A DNA stretch of 64,000 bases. Source: Candidatus Poribacteria bacterium. Lineage in GTDB: Bacteria > Poribacteria > WGA-4E > WGA-3G. The notes under the pieces were generated by a model, which worked only from the letters and a program-made list of their open reading frames with translations, was not told the DNA's origin and ran no database searches. Made by a program: the position numbers and the translations under genes. Shown here in pieces: positions 37,365 through 47,594 of this stretch. The stretch spans positions 960,001 through 1,024,000 of the forward strand of contig CBDANF010000002.1 in assembly GCA_965197475.1 (NCBI GenBank), read 5' to 3'. Numbering within the stretch: the first letter of the stretch is position 1; every line of letters starts with the position of its first letter.

Positions 37365-39512
37365 ATGTCCCGTCTAATTTATCAGTTTGCCATTATTCCC
37401 CTATTCCTTTTACTTTTTTCCAACTGTGCACAACCACATCCAGAGGATCTAAAACAGACAGATGCTGTTGAGATGGAGATGCCGCCTTATGCGCGCCACC
37501 TCAAAGGCTTTAAGATATGTCTTGATCCGGGGCACGGTGGACAAGGACACATTCCAGATTACAAAAGCGGTCCAACGGGTCTTCGCGAAGCGGAAATCAA
37601 TCTAAAGGTCGCATTCTTTCTTCGAGAGTTGCTGGAGCAAGCTGAAGTCACTGTATTCATGACACGCGTTGACGATTCCTACGTAAGTCTCCCAGAACGC
37701 AGTCAAATTGCCAACGAAAATAACGCAGATTTCTTCATTTCACTGCACCATAACGGAATTGATAATAATCCAGACATAAACTATACCTCTACGTGGTATC
37801 ACGGTGATGCTGACGATTCTCGTCCAAGCCTTGACCTTGCACGGTACATTCAGCAGGAGGTTTCTGATGCGCTCCAGTTGCCAAAATCTGCATCAACAGG
37901 GCTTTATTCTGACAAGTTGGTCGTTGCCTCAGGTTTCGGTGTCTTGCGATTGACGAAATGCTCGGCAGTTGTGTGTGAAGCATCTTTCTACACCAATCCT
38001 GAAGAAGAGGCAAGACTGAAAAATGATGATTACCTTAAAAGAGAGGCTTACGGATATTTTCTCGGCATTGCCCGTTATGTTGAAGCCGGGTTTCCGAAAG
38101 GTGTTCTGATAACACCTAAACATGAATCTGTTATTCAAACCAAAACACCCTCACTTAAGATTCAGGTAAAGGATGGACTACACGAACGTGGTGCGTGGAT
38201 GCTCAAACGGCAACAGATTTTTTCCAACGCTATCCAAGTCAAAATTGATAACGTGGAAGTGCCGTTTAAATACGACCGCGATACGGATATAATTACTGTA
38301 AACATCAAAGAACCGTTGTCAAACGGTATGCATTTTGTCCAAACAGAGTTGGTAAATTATTACGGGAATCATAGTCTACCGAAGCCACAGCAGTTTAAGG
38401 TGGCACCGCCTGCAGATGCACTGCAGTTGAGCGCGTGGACAGATATCCTACCCTATGACGCTAAAAGTTACGTAGGCATCACTGTAACCGTTCTCGACGC
38501 TAACGGAATGCCAATTGCAGATGACGAACTGATCAAAGCAAAAACTACCAGCGGAACCCTCACAGACACCGAGGATTTTTCAAAAGATGGGATTTCTCAC
38601 TTTTATCTTTACGCGCCTGATAAACCCGGGACTGCGACAGTGGAAGCAGCCTACGGTCAAACCCGCCAATCTCTAAAAATTCGTTTCGCAGACATTGCAG
38701 ATGGAATTTTACAAGGGCAGGTTTCCGATGCGAATTCAGGTGTACCTATTCCTGATGTCCAATTGCATGCTGATCCTGAGTTAACTGCTATTACAGATGT
38801 TGAAGGACACTACTTCATCAAAACTGACCCTTCATTGAAAAATCCGCTTGAAACGACACTCCACCTTTCAAAACCGGGGTTTTATCCTGATAAACATCAA
38901 ATTCTCATAGAACCGAATAAGGCAACAGTAGTCAATGCGAAACTTCACGCTATTGCAGATGGTGCGTTCGCTAAAACCGTTCTTGTCCTTGACACACAAA
39001 CGGATACCGCTAAAACACACCAACTCATCACAAAGTTGAAAGAGATATTAGAACTTGCAGGTGCAAAGGTGTACGATGTTCACACTCCTGGTCAAAAAGT
39101 TTCTTCGGAAAAACGGATTGAAAGGGTTAACAATATCAAAGATGAAGGATACTACTTACAAATTAATCACACCTCTTGGCGTAGAGGTGAATCACCAGTT
39201 ATTGCTGCACACAACCGTGGCAACCAAGGCACAGAGACTTTTCAAAAACGGATACTTGAACAATTCAACCAAAATCTGTTTGAGACACCGATTGTCACTG
39301 TTCAGGATAGAGAAACACCTATAATCCAGCAGACAAACAAAATGGCGATGACGCTTGAAATTCGATCATTAGATTATCCTGATGCAACCGCAATGCAAGA
39401 AGCATCCGCGATTTTCATCGGGTCGTGGCTTTTCCTAAAAGAGGAGACGGAGATTGATGCGGAAAAATTAGAACGTTTCATGATATACTTAAACAAGGCG
39501 CGAGGTGAATGA
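37365..39512 (+). CDS. N-acetylmuramoyl-L-alanine amidase (Amidase_3) lipoprotein with Ig-like domains
   Basis: Lipobox-like FSNC, ICLDPGHGG, E.EINL, FISLHHN, VCEASF. Confidence 0.88.
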   Translation: MSRLIYQFAIIPLFLLLFSNCAQPHPEDLKQTDAVEMEMPPYARHLKGFKICLDPGHGGQGHIPDYKSGPTGLREAEINLKVAFFLRELLEQAEVTVFMTRVDDSYVSLPERSQIANENNADFFISLHHNGIDNNPDINYTSTWYHGDADDSRPSLDLARYIQQEVSDALQLPKSASTGLYSDKLVVASGFGVLRLTKCSAVVCEASFYTNPEEEARLKNDDYLKREAYGYFLGIARYVEAGFPKGVLITPKHESVIQTKTPSLKIQVKDGLHERGAWMLKRQQIFSNAIQVKIDNVEVPFKYDRDTDIITVNIKEPLSNGMHFVQTELVNYYGNHSLPKPQQFKVAPPADALQLSAWTDILPYDAKSYVGITVTVLDANGMPIADDELIKAKTTSGTLTDTEDFSKDGISHFYLYAPDKPGTATVEAAYGQTRQSLKIRFADIADGILQGQVSDANSGVPIPDVQLHADPELTAITDVEGHYFIKTDPSLKNPLETTLHLSKPGFYPDKHQILIEPNKATVVNAKLHAIADGAFAKTVLVLDTQTDTAKTHQLITKLKEILELAGAKVYDVHTPGQKVSSEKRIERVNNIKDEGYYLQINHTSWRRGESPVIAAHNRGNQGTETFQKRILEQFNQNLFETPIVTVQDRETPIIQQTNKMAMTLEIRSLDYPDATAMQEASAIFIGSWLFLKEETEIDAEKLERFMIYLNKARGE

Positions 39513-40522
39513 GGGTGCACATCGCTTCGAAAATCACTAAATTGCAGCTCAATCATCCGTTCAAGATTTCGCGCCGGGAAACTGATGCATATCGAGAGAT
39601 CATCTCTGTAGAAATTGATGGAGGGATAGGTGAAGCAGCCCCCGCAAAATTCTACGGTGAAAGTGTTCAGACAGTAGAAACAGCATTAGAGACTCTTTTC
39701 TCATCACATGATGGCAACCTTGATGAAATACAGGATGTGATGGCGAGGATTGAATCAACGCTTGATGGTAATTACGCTGCAAAATCTGCCATTGATATGG
39801 CACTGCACGACAGGTTGGGTAAAAAACTCGGTGTGCCGCTTTACAAACTCTGGGGTCTCAACCCACAAAAAACACCATGCACCTCTTTTACCATCGGTCT
39901 TGACGAGCCTGCAGTGATGGCGGAAAAAGCACTACAGGCAGAAGCGTATCCGATTCTCAAAGTTAAACTTGGAACATCTCGCGATATTGAGATACTTCAG
40001 ACACTTCGCAGCGTTACGGATAAACCGATCTATGTTGATGCAAACACAGCATGGACACCAAAAGAGGCGGTTCAAAAAATCCATCAGCTTATAGGGTATG
40101 GCGTTGAGTTAATTGAACAACCTACAAAACCTGACGATATAGCAGGACTTAAGTACGTTCGCGAGCATTCAGAATTGCCGATTATCGCAGACGAAAGTGT
40201 CAAGCGTGCAAGTGATATCCCCGCGCTTGCCGAATCCGTTGATGGAATCAACATTAAACTGGTCAAATGCGGAGGTATATTAGAAGCATTACGGATGATA
40301 CATGTGGCACGCGCACATGGATTGCTTGTAATGATCGGTTGTATGATTGAGAGTTCGCTCGGAATCACTGCCGCTGCTCACTTAACACCGCTCGTAGACT
40401 ATGCAGATTTAGACGGAAATCTGTTAATTTCAAATGACCCCTATACTGGTGTAAAGATTGATAATGGCAAGTTAATTTTGTCAGATCGTCCTGGTATTGG
40501 TGTTACAGCAACTAACAATTAA
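39509..40522 (+). CDS. L-Ala-D/L-Glu dipeptide epimerase (enolase superfamily)
   Basis: LKVKLG, VDAN, IEQP, ADES, INIKLVKCGG, GCMIES, DLDG. Confidence 0.9.
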   Translation: MRVHIASKITKLQLNHPFKISRRETDAYREIISVEIDGGIGEAAPAKFYGESVQTVETALETLFSSHDGNLDEIQDVMARIESTLDGNYAAKSAIDMALHDRLGKKLGVPLYKLWGLNPQKTPCTSFTIGLDEPAVMAEKALQAEAYPILKVKLGTSRDIEILQTLRSVTDKPIYVDANTAWTPKEAVQKIHQLIGYGVELIEQPTKPDDIAGLKYVREHSELPIIADESVKRASDIPALAESVDGINIKLVKCGGILEALRMIHVARAHGLLVMIGCMIESSLGITAAAHLTPLVDYADLDGNLLISNDPYTGVKIDNGKLILSDRPGIGVTATNN

Positions 40523-40577
40523 TCTACTATAACCTATTTCCTCCGTATGAAGCACTTAAGAGATTGGAGAAATAAAA

Positions 40578-41291
40578 ATGACAAAACAAAATCGAAATGT
40601 CCTTATCACGGGTGGCACCGGTATATTAGGCAGTGCCGTAACCAAAACCTATCTTGCGCAAGGTGACACCGTTGCTGTCACGTATCTTTTTGACAATGAA
40701 GTTGAACGTTTCAAGCAGTACAACCCTGAACTCAGCGAAGATGTTACCTTCCTGTTTGCAAACGTTACTGAGGAGGGCGAGGTCCAGAAAACTATACAGT
40801 CTTTTTTAACACAATTCGGTCATCTGGATATATTGGTGAATATCGTTGGGGGATTTGTCGGTGGAATTCCAACCGCAGAACTTGAAGAGGACCGATGGGA
40901 TTTCATGATGAACCTCAACCTCAAATCCGTTTTCCTCTGTTGTAAAACGGTGATACCACACATGACGGAACGGGGTTATGGCAAGATTGTTAACGTCTCC
41001 GCACGTGCAGGCTTAAAAGGTGAGGCAGGATTGAGTGCTTACTGCGTCTCTAAAGGGGGTGTACGCACCTTAACAGAAGCATTAGCTGCAGAAGTGATGG
41101 ATTCTGGTATCAACGTCAATGCCATCATGCCGAGCATTATGGACACCCCCGCTAATCGAGAGGGTATGCCGGACGAAGACCATAGTCGTTGGGTAGCTCC
41201 TACCGATGTGGCAAAAGTTATCTGTTTCCTTACTTCTGACGATTCAGCAATAATCAACGGTGCAGCCATACCTGTTTACGGTAGGGCGTAG
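40578..41291 (+). CDS. SDR family oxidoreductase
   Basis: TGGTGILG, YCVSK, PSIMDTPANR. Confidence 0.92.
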   Translation: MTKQNRNVLITGGTGILGSAVTKTYLAQGDTVAVTYLFDNEVERFKQYNPELSEDVTFLFANVTEEGEVQKTIQSFLTQFGHLDILVNIVGGFVGGIPTAELEEDRWDFMMNLNLKSVFLCCKTVIPHMTERGYGKIVNVSARAGLKGEAGLSAYCVSKGGVRTLTEALAAEVMDSGINVNAIMPSIMDTPANREGMPDEDHSRWVAPTDVAKVICFLTSDDSAIINGAAIPVYGRA

Positions 41292-41599
41292 AAGATAATG
41301 CGAATTATGTAACAAATTCAGCGTTTGACCCGGTGTCTAAACAACCTGAGTTGAAATTCTGTGCTGTCCGGATTGAGGTTCATGATGTGACATAGAATAA
41401 CGAGTTATCGTAAGTCAAATGTATCAGCAATGTAGTGACAAGTTACTGTACCAATATGCTCGGGTATATGAAAAATCCAAATTCTGGATGTATCAAGACA
41501 CACTGATTTTTGTCATATTGGGGAGAGTTAGACCACAGGGGCTGTTACTGGAAAAGACTTATAGGTGATTCTTGAAAGGAAATTGTGATGCCCGATTCC

Positions 41600-42313
41600 T
41601 TAGGATGGACGTTGATAGTTTTCGGCCTTTACGATACTGGACTCAGTCTTATCCGGTGCCCCAACCAAAGAAATTTGGTTATTTTCATCAAGAAGAAAAA
41701 AGTAAGTTTGTAGAACTAAAGCACCAAAAGTGTTTGTGCCCCTGCAAGTCATTGTGATCTTGTGGTAGTACTTTCCATCTTTTTCTGTCTCCTCATACTC
41801 ACTTGACACGTGTTGAAAACTATCAGGATTATGCATGTGTTGTTTGAACGTGGAAATGACACGAGGGTGCGATCCATCCTCAGATATTTTGGATTTGAAA
41901 GTTGCCTGAACGCCTAACTGTTTCTGGATCCTTAGTGCTTTCGTCTTGGCTTGCTTTGACAACTGTTGAATATCAGTACCTTTGCGATTTTTCAAATACT
42001 CGTCACATTTTTCAGAGATTTCTGAAAGCACTTTAGGATCTTCAGATGACAGTTGAGCACGATACTCTTTGAGAAAAGCGCGCTTCTCACCTATCAGTCT
42101 CCTGTAAAACCATCTAACGGAAAAGTACAGAATACAGAATACTATGTAAACTGAAACAAAAAATGGTATAATAACAATCCAAGAAGCTATAATTACTCTC
42201 TCTGTAATCGCGACAATCGCCAGCATCATGACTGTAATCACCGCTGAAATTATTCCCAAGCGTTCAATAGCGATATCATTGGGACCTTTTTTGGTTTCTT
42301 TTTTCATCTGCAT
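41600..42313 (-). CDS. Hypothetical membrane protein
   Basis: Two N-terminal TM helices and a C-terminal NPDSFQHV...RGTNTFGALV motif. Confidence 0.7.
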   Translation of the reverse strand: MQMKKETKKGPNDIAIERLGIISAVITVMMLAIVAITERVIIASWIVIIPFFVSVYIVFCILYFSVRWFYRRLIGEKRAFLKEYRAQLSSEDPKVLSEISEKCDEYLKNRKGTDIQQLSKQAKTKALRIQKQLGVQATFKSKISEDGSHPRVISTFKQHMHNPDSFQHVSSEYEETEKDGKYYHKITMTCRGTNTFGALVLQTYFFLLDENNQISLVGAPDKTESSIVKAENYQRPS

Positions 42314-42361
42314 TATCCAATCTTGACGATTTCGGCGGTTGTTTCATCATCTAAAGTCTGG

Positions 42362-43346
42362 GGCTCATGTAAAAAGTAAGTGCTTTTTTCTTTCTTTCTG
42401 CTATAGTATAACATATGGATTTTCCAATACTTTCTTTAATTGATGACGAACGCGCGGCGGAATGGTTGCTAAACCATTTCCATCCCCAGGGTTTACACTG
42501 TCCACATTGCGATGCGAGCGTGGCGGAGGCACGCTATTTTAGAACAACAAAAACAAGTCGCATAAAGGTTTACCGCTGTAAAGTATGTAAGGGTGTATAT
42601 AACCTCTATAGTGGGACAGTGTTTGCTCAAAAACAGTATCGTCCTTCACAGGTAGTTCTGCTTTTGCAAGGTGTTTGCAAAGGTTTTTCTTCCGCTCAAT
42701 TGGCACGCGAACTCAATATCAGTCGTCAAGCGGTGCTTTCCATACGGCGTGTGCTTCAGGCATCTGCCGAGATGATGCAACCTGAGGTAGCTTTGCCGGA
42801 CACTGCAACAGAAACAGATGAGATGTTTCAAAACGCAGGTGAAAAAGGAGAACCGCATAAAGACCTGAAGGATCCACCGCGTCGGCGTGGTAATAAACGC
42901 AGAGGTCATGGCACTTATGCGAATGATCGTCCACCTATAGTCGGCACGATCGGGCGCAAAAGTAAGCGTGTCCGATTGCGTGTGGCACATCATACCGATA
43001 GTGCTACACTCTCATCACACGTGCATCAGTTCACGCTCCCCACTGCTACTGTATATACAGATGGATGGCGAGGCTATAATCGTATTGATCGTTCTCATGC
43101 GAGCGTGTGTCATGGTGATGGCGAATGGGCGAGGGATGACGATGCGGATGGTATTTTTGAAATCCACATCAACACGATTGAAGGTGTGTGGACAACGGTT
43201 CGTAACTTTCTCCGCCCATTTCGCGGTGTTCATAAAAAGTTCCTTTCGGGATATATCGCTATCTGTGAATTTGTTATTAATCTCAAATCTATTACTACTG
43301 AGTTTATATCACGACTCGTCCAACGCACTCACTCATAACATGAGCC
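42362..43346 (+). mobile_element. IS1595-family insertion sequence, apparently intact
   Basis: Imperfect 22-bp TIRs GGCTCATGT.../...ACATGAGCC and an 8-bp TSD AAGTCTGG at 42354-61 and 43347-54. Confidence 0.93.
42415..43338 (+). CDS. IS1595-family DDE transposase
   Basis: Zn ribbon CPHC...CKVC, HTH, ETDE, YTDGWRGY, HINTIEGVW. Confidence 0.93.
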   Translation: MDFPILSLIDDERAAEWLLNHFHPQGLHCPHCDASVAEARYFRTTKTSRIKVYRCKVCKGVYNLYSGTVFAQKQYRPSQVVLLLQGVCKGFSSAQLARELNISRQAVLSIRRVLQASAEMMQPEVALPDTATETDEMFQNAGEKGEPHKDLKDPPRRRGNKRRGHGTYANDRPPIVGTIGRKSKRVRLRVAHHTDSATLSSHVHQFTLPTATVYTDGWRGYNRIDRSHASVCHGDGEWARDDDADGIFEIHINTIEGVWTTVRNFLRPFRGVHKKFLSGYIAICEFVINLKSITTEFISRLVQRTHS

Positions 43347-43495
43347 AAGTCTGGTTATGTGTCCCCGAAATTGCTCTTTGCGAAAAAATAAACTAATGTT
43401 TGATCTTGATCTGGCATGATTTCTCCTATTATGACTAAAACCCAAGTTGCTTATCAACAACATTCTTCAATTCTTCAGCCTTCAGATACCGCATT

Positions 43496-43681
43496 TCACT
43501 GACATTTAGGTTCATCAAGTATATCCAAAACCTCCTGTTCAACGGCACGCGATCGCATTATATCTAACATGTCCACGTCTGCAAGGTCAATGATTTCCGA
43601 AACGCGTTTCCTAACTTCCGCTGCGGTCCTTGGTTCTCATTCGTGCAATTTCGCGTCTAATTTTTCAGCCAATGCATCCAT
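43496..43681 (-). pseudogene. Small antitoxin-like gene with in-frame stop
   Basis: GGAGG RBS. Translation MDALAEKLDAKLHE*EPRTAAEVRKRVSEIIDLAD...RSRAVEQEVLDILDEPKCQ; the TGA is probably a former TGG. The function is a recollection, not verified. Confidence 0.5.
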
Positions 43682-43841
43682 TGATTTTCCTCCACTAATT
43701 TTTGAACTTATAGCGAGTAAAAGCTAAGAACTCAAAGCAAATAGGTATCTGAAGTGGAAAGAATGGGGCATAAAGTATACCCTTTTCTTTCCCTATTTTA
43801 CCGCATCCTTATGTTTTACTCAATATGACTTCTTTTATTGG

Positions 43842-44839
43842 CAGGACTTACGCAGTCTTGAAGATTATTGAAGGATTAGAGAGTTGATGTCGTAAGTAGT
43901 CATCCAATAAACTTTGTTTAAGATCATAAATCGTTTTGCCAAGTGCGCGGGCAGCGCGCTTCATAAAGATCTATACTTGAAAACAACACGCAATATGATT
44001 TCTTTGGGCACGCAGTTTTCGACATTGACATTTGCCAATACCAGTTGTCTGTTTGATCTCACGATGAAGTTGCTCAATCTTCCAACGCACGCGACACTCT
44101 TGATCCGTCGCATCCGCATCCGATTGAGATAAATCGTTCGTCGCAATATATTCCGTGCGTCCGGTAGAGGACTCTATCCGGAACAACTTCACTTGATGAT
44201 CTTTCGGAAACTTTTTGATGTGCACGCGTTTCCCCTGTAGAGTTTCTGTCTGTGTCCAAGATAAATCTTTTACTGCTAGTGCGGTTCGACGCCGTCCGTA
44301 TCATTCACAAGACGATTTCGTTTCAGTGGCGCATAGTCCAACTTGGAGAGTTTTTCAATCGCTTTCATGACTTTCATGCAAACATACCAAGAATCTATCA
44401 GCACAGTCCGAAACGGGATCTGTTTTTTGAAGTCCGCATTGTGCAACATTTCCAGTAAATGGTCTATTTTAGTTTTACCATCATGAGCTTTATCAAAAAT
44501 ACGGTAATCAATGACCCAATACTCGTGTGTCTTTGGATTGACATAAAGACACGTGACAATACCAATACCTTTAACCACTTTTTTGTCGCTACCACTCCAC
44601 TGAGAACGGAGGGCTTCAATCGTTTTGGCGTATGTTTTAAACAGCACAACATCGTCAAAAACCAAGTAGCCTTCTTCATCAAACTCAATGTCGTCTTTGA
44701 CGGATGCCCAGAGTTCACTTGAAGGAATGCTTTCGTTGCTCAGAAAACGATTAAGTTGATCGTGGTTCCATTTGTCTGTATGATCTGCAAAATAGGTTTG
44801 TGTAAAGTTAGTGAAACTTGCTACCAAAAATTGACAATA
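43842..44839 (-). pseudogene. IS701-family transposase pseudogene with one intact end
   Basis: Fragments in several frames (YLVFDD, KGIGIVTC, LIDSWY, RWKIEQLHREIKQTTG.. CQCR..RAQRNHI). End motif CAGGACTTACGCAGT at 43842-56. The 5' end is cut by IS3. Confidence 0.88.
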
Positions 44840-44878
44840 TGAAGTGCTACCGTTTATTCAGACCAAAATTTAGCAAAG

Positions 44879-45709
44879 TTAAGACAAGTTTTTTTGCTCA
44901 AATTCCACAGGTGTCAAATACCCTAACGCAGAGTGAGGGCGTTTGTGATTATACACTTGTGTAATAAAATGCCCAATGCGGGTTCTTGCTTCGTGGATGT
45001 CCTCATAGTCATTGAGATGAACTTCTTCTTCCTTGAGCGTGCGGATAAGTCTTTCAGCATATCCGTTCTCCCAAGGACACCCTCTCCGGGCGACTGAAAT
45101 CTCAATCCCATGATGCCTAAGCAGTGAGATGGACGCATTTGAAAGATATTGAACGCCTTGATCAGAATGATGGATCTCTGGGACACTTTGACATAATGCT
45201 GTCTCCAAGGGTTTCAACGTCAGAGATTGCGTCAAGTGTTGACTGATATGCCACCCTCTGATCATGCGAGTGAAGACATCCATGAGCAGACAAACATAGA
45301 TAAAGTGTCCTTTGAGGCGGACGTAGGTAATATCGCCCACCCAGACCTGATTACATCGGGAGACATCAAGGTTTTCAAGGCGATTGCTCCAGGGACGCAC
45401 ACCCGCAACGGATGTCGTGGTTTGACAGACACGCTTGACAGAAACCGAGAGGTTGGCGGACTTCATCAATCGGGCAACACGTTTATACCCGATGGTGTAT
45501 CCGTTACGCACCAACAACTGTGTGGGACGCCTATATCCGTATGTTGGATATAGCAAAGATAACGTCTCTATTTCATCCTGGAGGCCCGCTTCACACGGGG
45601 CCTGCTTGGAGTGATAATAGAGGTTGCTTCGGTTGAAACCGAGTGTCTCACATATCTGCCGAACCGAAAAGTCTGTCCGTAATGCCGTAACCATTTCTCG
45701 CTGCTCCAT
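44879..45709 (-). CDS. IS3 OrfB DDE transposase
   Basis: YGYRR, WVGDITY, HHSDQGVQY, ENGYAERLIRTLKEE, YNHKRPHSALGY. Confidence 0.93.
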   Translation of the reverse strand: MEQREMVTALRTDFSVRQICETLGFNRSNLYYHSKQAPCEAGLQDEIETLSLLYPTYGYRRPTQLLVRNGYTIGYKRVARLMKSANLSVSVKRVCQTTTSVAGVRPWSNRLENLDVSRCNQVWVGDITYVRLKGHFIYVCLLMDVFTRMIRGWHISQHLTQSLTLKPLETALCQSVPEIHHSDQGVQYLSNASISLLRHHGIEISVARRGCPWENGYAERLIRTLKEEEVHLNDYEDIHEARTRIGHFITQVYNHKRPHSALGYLTPVEFEQKNLS

Positions 45710-45714
45710 CGAGG

Positions 45715-46005
45715 CTAACTCAAGTAAGTTGAGGCTTTTTTTTGGATGTCAAGTGCCAAGGTCAACCGCCCAACGAGTTGCTCAAGTTGGGCGATCCGCT
45801 CCGCAGAGGCATCAGACTGTTTATCAGCGGGTTCAAAGAGGGTCGCCGCTTTTTCAAGAAGCTGTCGCTTCCACTTTGAAAGTTGTTCATCGATGAGGTT
45901 ATGTCGCCGACACACTTCTGCTTGGGAACTTTCACCGCTGAGAGCCTCAAGAACAACTTCGGCTTTAAACTCGGAGGTGAAGTTTCTTCGTTTTCGTTTC
46001 GCCAT
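45715..46005 (-). CDS. IS3 OrfA (HTH), with -1 frameshift site
   Basis: RRNFTSEFKAEVV. The A8G run (T tract 45736-43) leads into an open -1 frame (KSLNLLELASME) continuous with orfB. Confidence 0.92.
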   Translation of the reverse strand: MAKRKRRNFTSEFKAEVVLEALSGESSQAEVCRRHNLIDEQLSKWKRQLLEKAATLFEPADKQSDASAERIAQLEQLVGRLTLALDIQKKASTYLS

Positions 46006-46152
46006 CGGATACTCCTTTCAAGGAGATGGATATTATACCATAATCTTGTCTTAGAGAGCGGCCCGAATTTCCGGTGGCAGTACATTATTTAGTTTTCGGT
46101 TTTTCTGCTATATTTTCACATTTCTATCCAACCTACGATTCCGTTTTATCAA

Positions 46153-46923
46153 TTATGTGTCCAGAGGCACTACATCAGCATATACATAAGTCGGTGAAAT
46201 GTTACTGCTTGCATGAATTTTGTCATTTTCGTCTTTGGATGCAGAAACAATATCTCTCTGCACTATTCTGCCCGGTTTCGCAGCAACAAGCGAACTAAAC
46301 ATCGGTCCATCAACAACGCATGTATGGAACTCACCGTTTTCGCCGAGTGGGTCCACGCCATCGGGCAAATCTGCAAGGAGTTCTGCATCAAACCATCGTC
46401 CAGCAAAGTCTGCTGGAACTTTAGTAGGATTGAGAGCAGTGATAATCGCGCGCAAACCGGACGCAACCATCTTTTGCGCGAGCAGTGTAGTATCCTCTCC
46501 CCATACCGGAAAAATCGGTGTGAAACCGGTACCGCTAAGTTTCTCTTCTCGGTACGCGCGGATGTCTTCAAGAAATAGATCCTCGAATGCTAAATGTGAA
46601 GCGTTCAGATGTTCAGATAGCACTTCCACCTCAGAGAGAAACTTTCGCATCGCTGCTTCATATATTTCGTTAGAACATGGGTACGGAATCGGTATCTCAT
46701 ACAACGGCACACCGAGCCTCTCAGCTTGCTGTTCCAAAACCCATGCAGGAGTGGAATGGATAGAGACACGGTTAAACGTCTTGGTGACGGTGGTAAAGAT
46801 TCCGCGCACATCGTATTTTTCTGGTTGTTGACGTAAAGTGTGAAGGGCCCACGCAGAATCTTTTCCTGAAGACCAGGAGACAAGAACTGGCGTGGACGAT
46901 TTGTTTTTCGTTTCATTTGTCAT
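46153..46923 (-). CDS. Adenine-nucleotide alpha hydrolase (diphthamide-synthase/MJ0570-related ATP-binding protein)
   Basis: SWSSGKDS PP-loop, DLFLEDIRAYRE, DPLGENGEFHT. Confidence 0.88.
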   Translation of the reverse strand: MTNETKNKSSTPVLVSWSSGKDSAWALHTLRQQPEKYDVRGIFTTVTKTFNRVSIHSTPAWVLEQQAERLGVPLYEIPIPYPCSNEIYEAAMRKFLSEVEVLSEHLNASHLAFEDLFLEDIRAYREEKLSGTGFTPIFPVWGEDTTLLAQKMVASGLRAIITALNPTKVPADFAGRWFDAELLADLPDGVDPLGENGEFHTCVVDGPMFSSLVAAKPGRIVQRDIVSASKDENDKIHASSNISPTYVYADVVPLDT

Positions 46924-47019
46924 AATTGAGATTTTATCTTCTGTGGTAGATTTTATAATTAACGATACATTCTCAATCGGCGCGCTTACAAAGCGCGCCT
47001 ACCAGCAGGGACAGGTGTT

Positions 47020-47583
47020 TTATAGTGCCAAAAAGTTCCCTAATAGACTCTTTCCAGCAGCTGTCAAAATTGACTCCGGATGAAACTGAACACCCCAGAT
47101 AGGCAAGGTTTTGTGTCGTAGTCCCATGATTTCGTCCTGATCCGTCCATGCCGTGATTTCAAAGCAATCTGGCAGTGTTTCTTTTTTTACGATGAGTGAA
47201 TGATAGCGTGTCGCTTCAAAAGGATTATCCAAACCCTCGAAAAGTTCAGTGCCATTGTGCAGTATCATTGAGGTTTTGCCGTGCATCAACCGCTCCGCGC
47301 GAACAACCTCACCACCGAATGCATCACCGATGCACTGATGTCCAAGACAGACCCCTAAAATCGGCACTTTTCCGGCAAAGTGTTTTATCACATCATTGGA
47401 AATCCCCGCCTCTCGTGGCGTGCAGGGACCGGGTGAAATGACGACTCGTTCCGGTGCCAGCGTGTCTAATTCTTCTATACCTATCTTTCGACTCCGATGA
47501 ACCTCCAATTCCGCACCGAGTTCACCAAAATACTGCACGAGATTGTAAGTAAATGAGTCGTAGTTGTCAATCATCAAAACCAT
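47020..47583 (-). CDS. trpG: Anthranilate synthase component II (glutamine amidotransferase)
   Basis: [35 protein letters not shown]. Directly follows trpE. Confidence 0.93.
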   Translation of the reverse strand: MVLMIDNYDSFTYNLVQYFGELGAELEVHRSRKIGIEELDTLAPERVVISPGPCTPREAGISNDVIKHFAGKVPILGVCLGHQCIGDAFGGEVVRAERLMHGKTSMILHNGTELFEGLDNPFEATRYHSLIVKKETLPDCFEITAWTDQDEIMGLRHKTLPIWGVQFHPESILTAAGKSLLGNFLAL

Positions 47584-47594
47584 CTTTTTGCCTC

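Larger units (their letters stand above)
44840..46084 (-). mobile_element. IS3-family insertion sequence
   Basis: TG...CA ends with imperfect IRs (TGTACTGCCACCG / TGAAGTGCTACCG), orfA/orfB arrangement, no matching TSD. Confidence 0.9.

Noticed and set aside
43439-43452. AACCCAAGTTGCT matching the MITE end of 51007 and 62925
   Set aside because: Single end with no partner repeat nearby. It may be chance or an old fragment.
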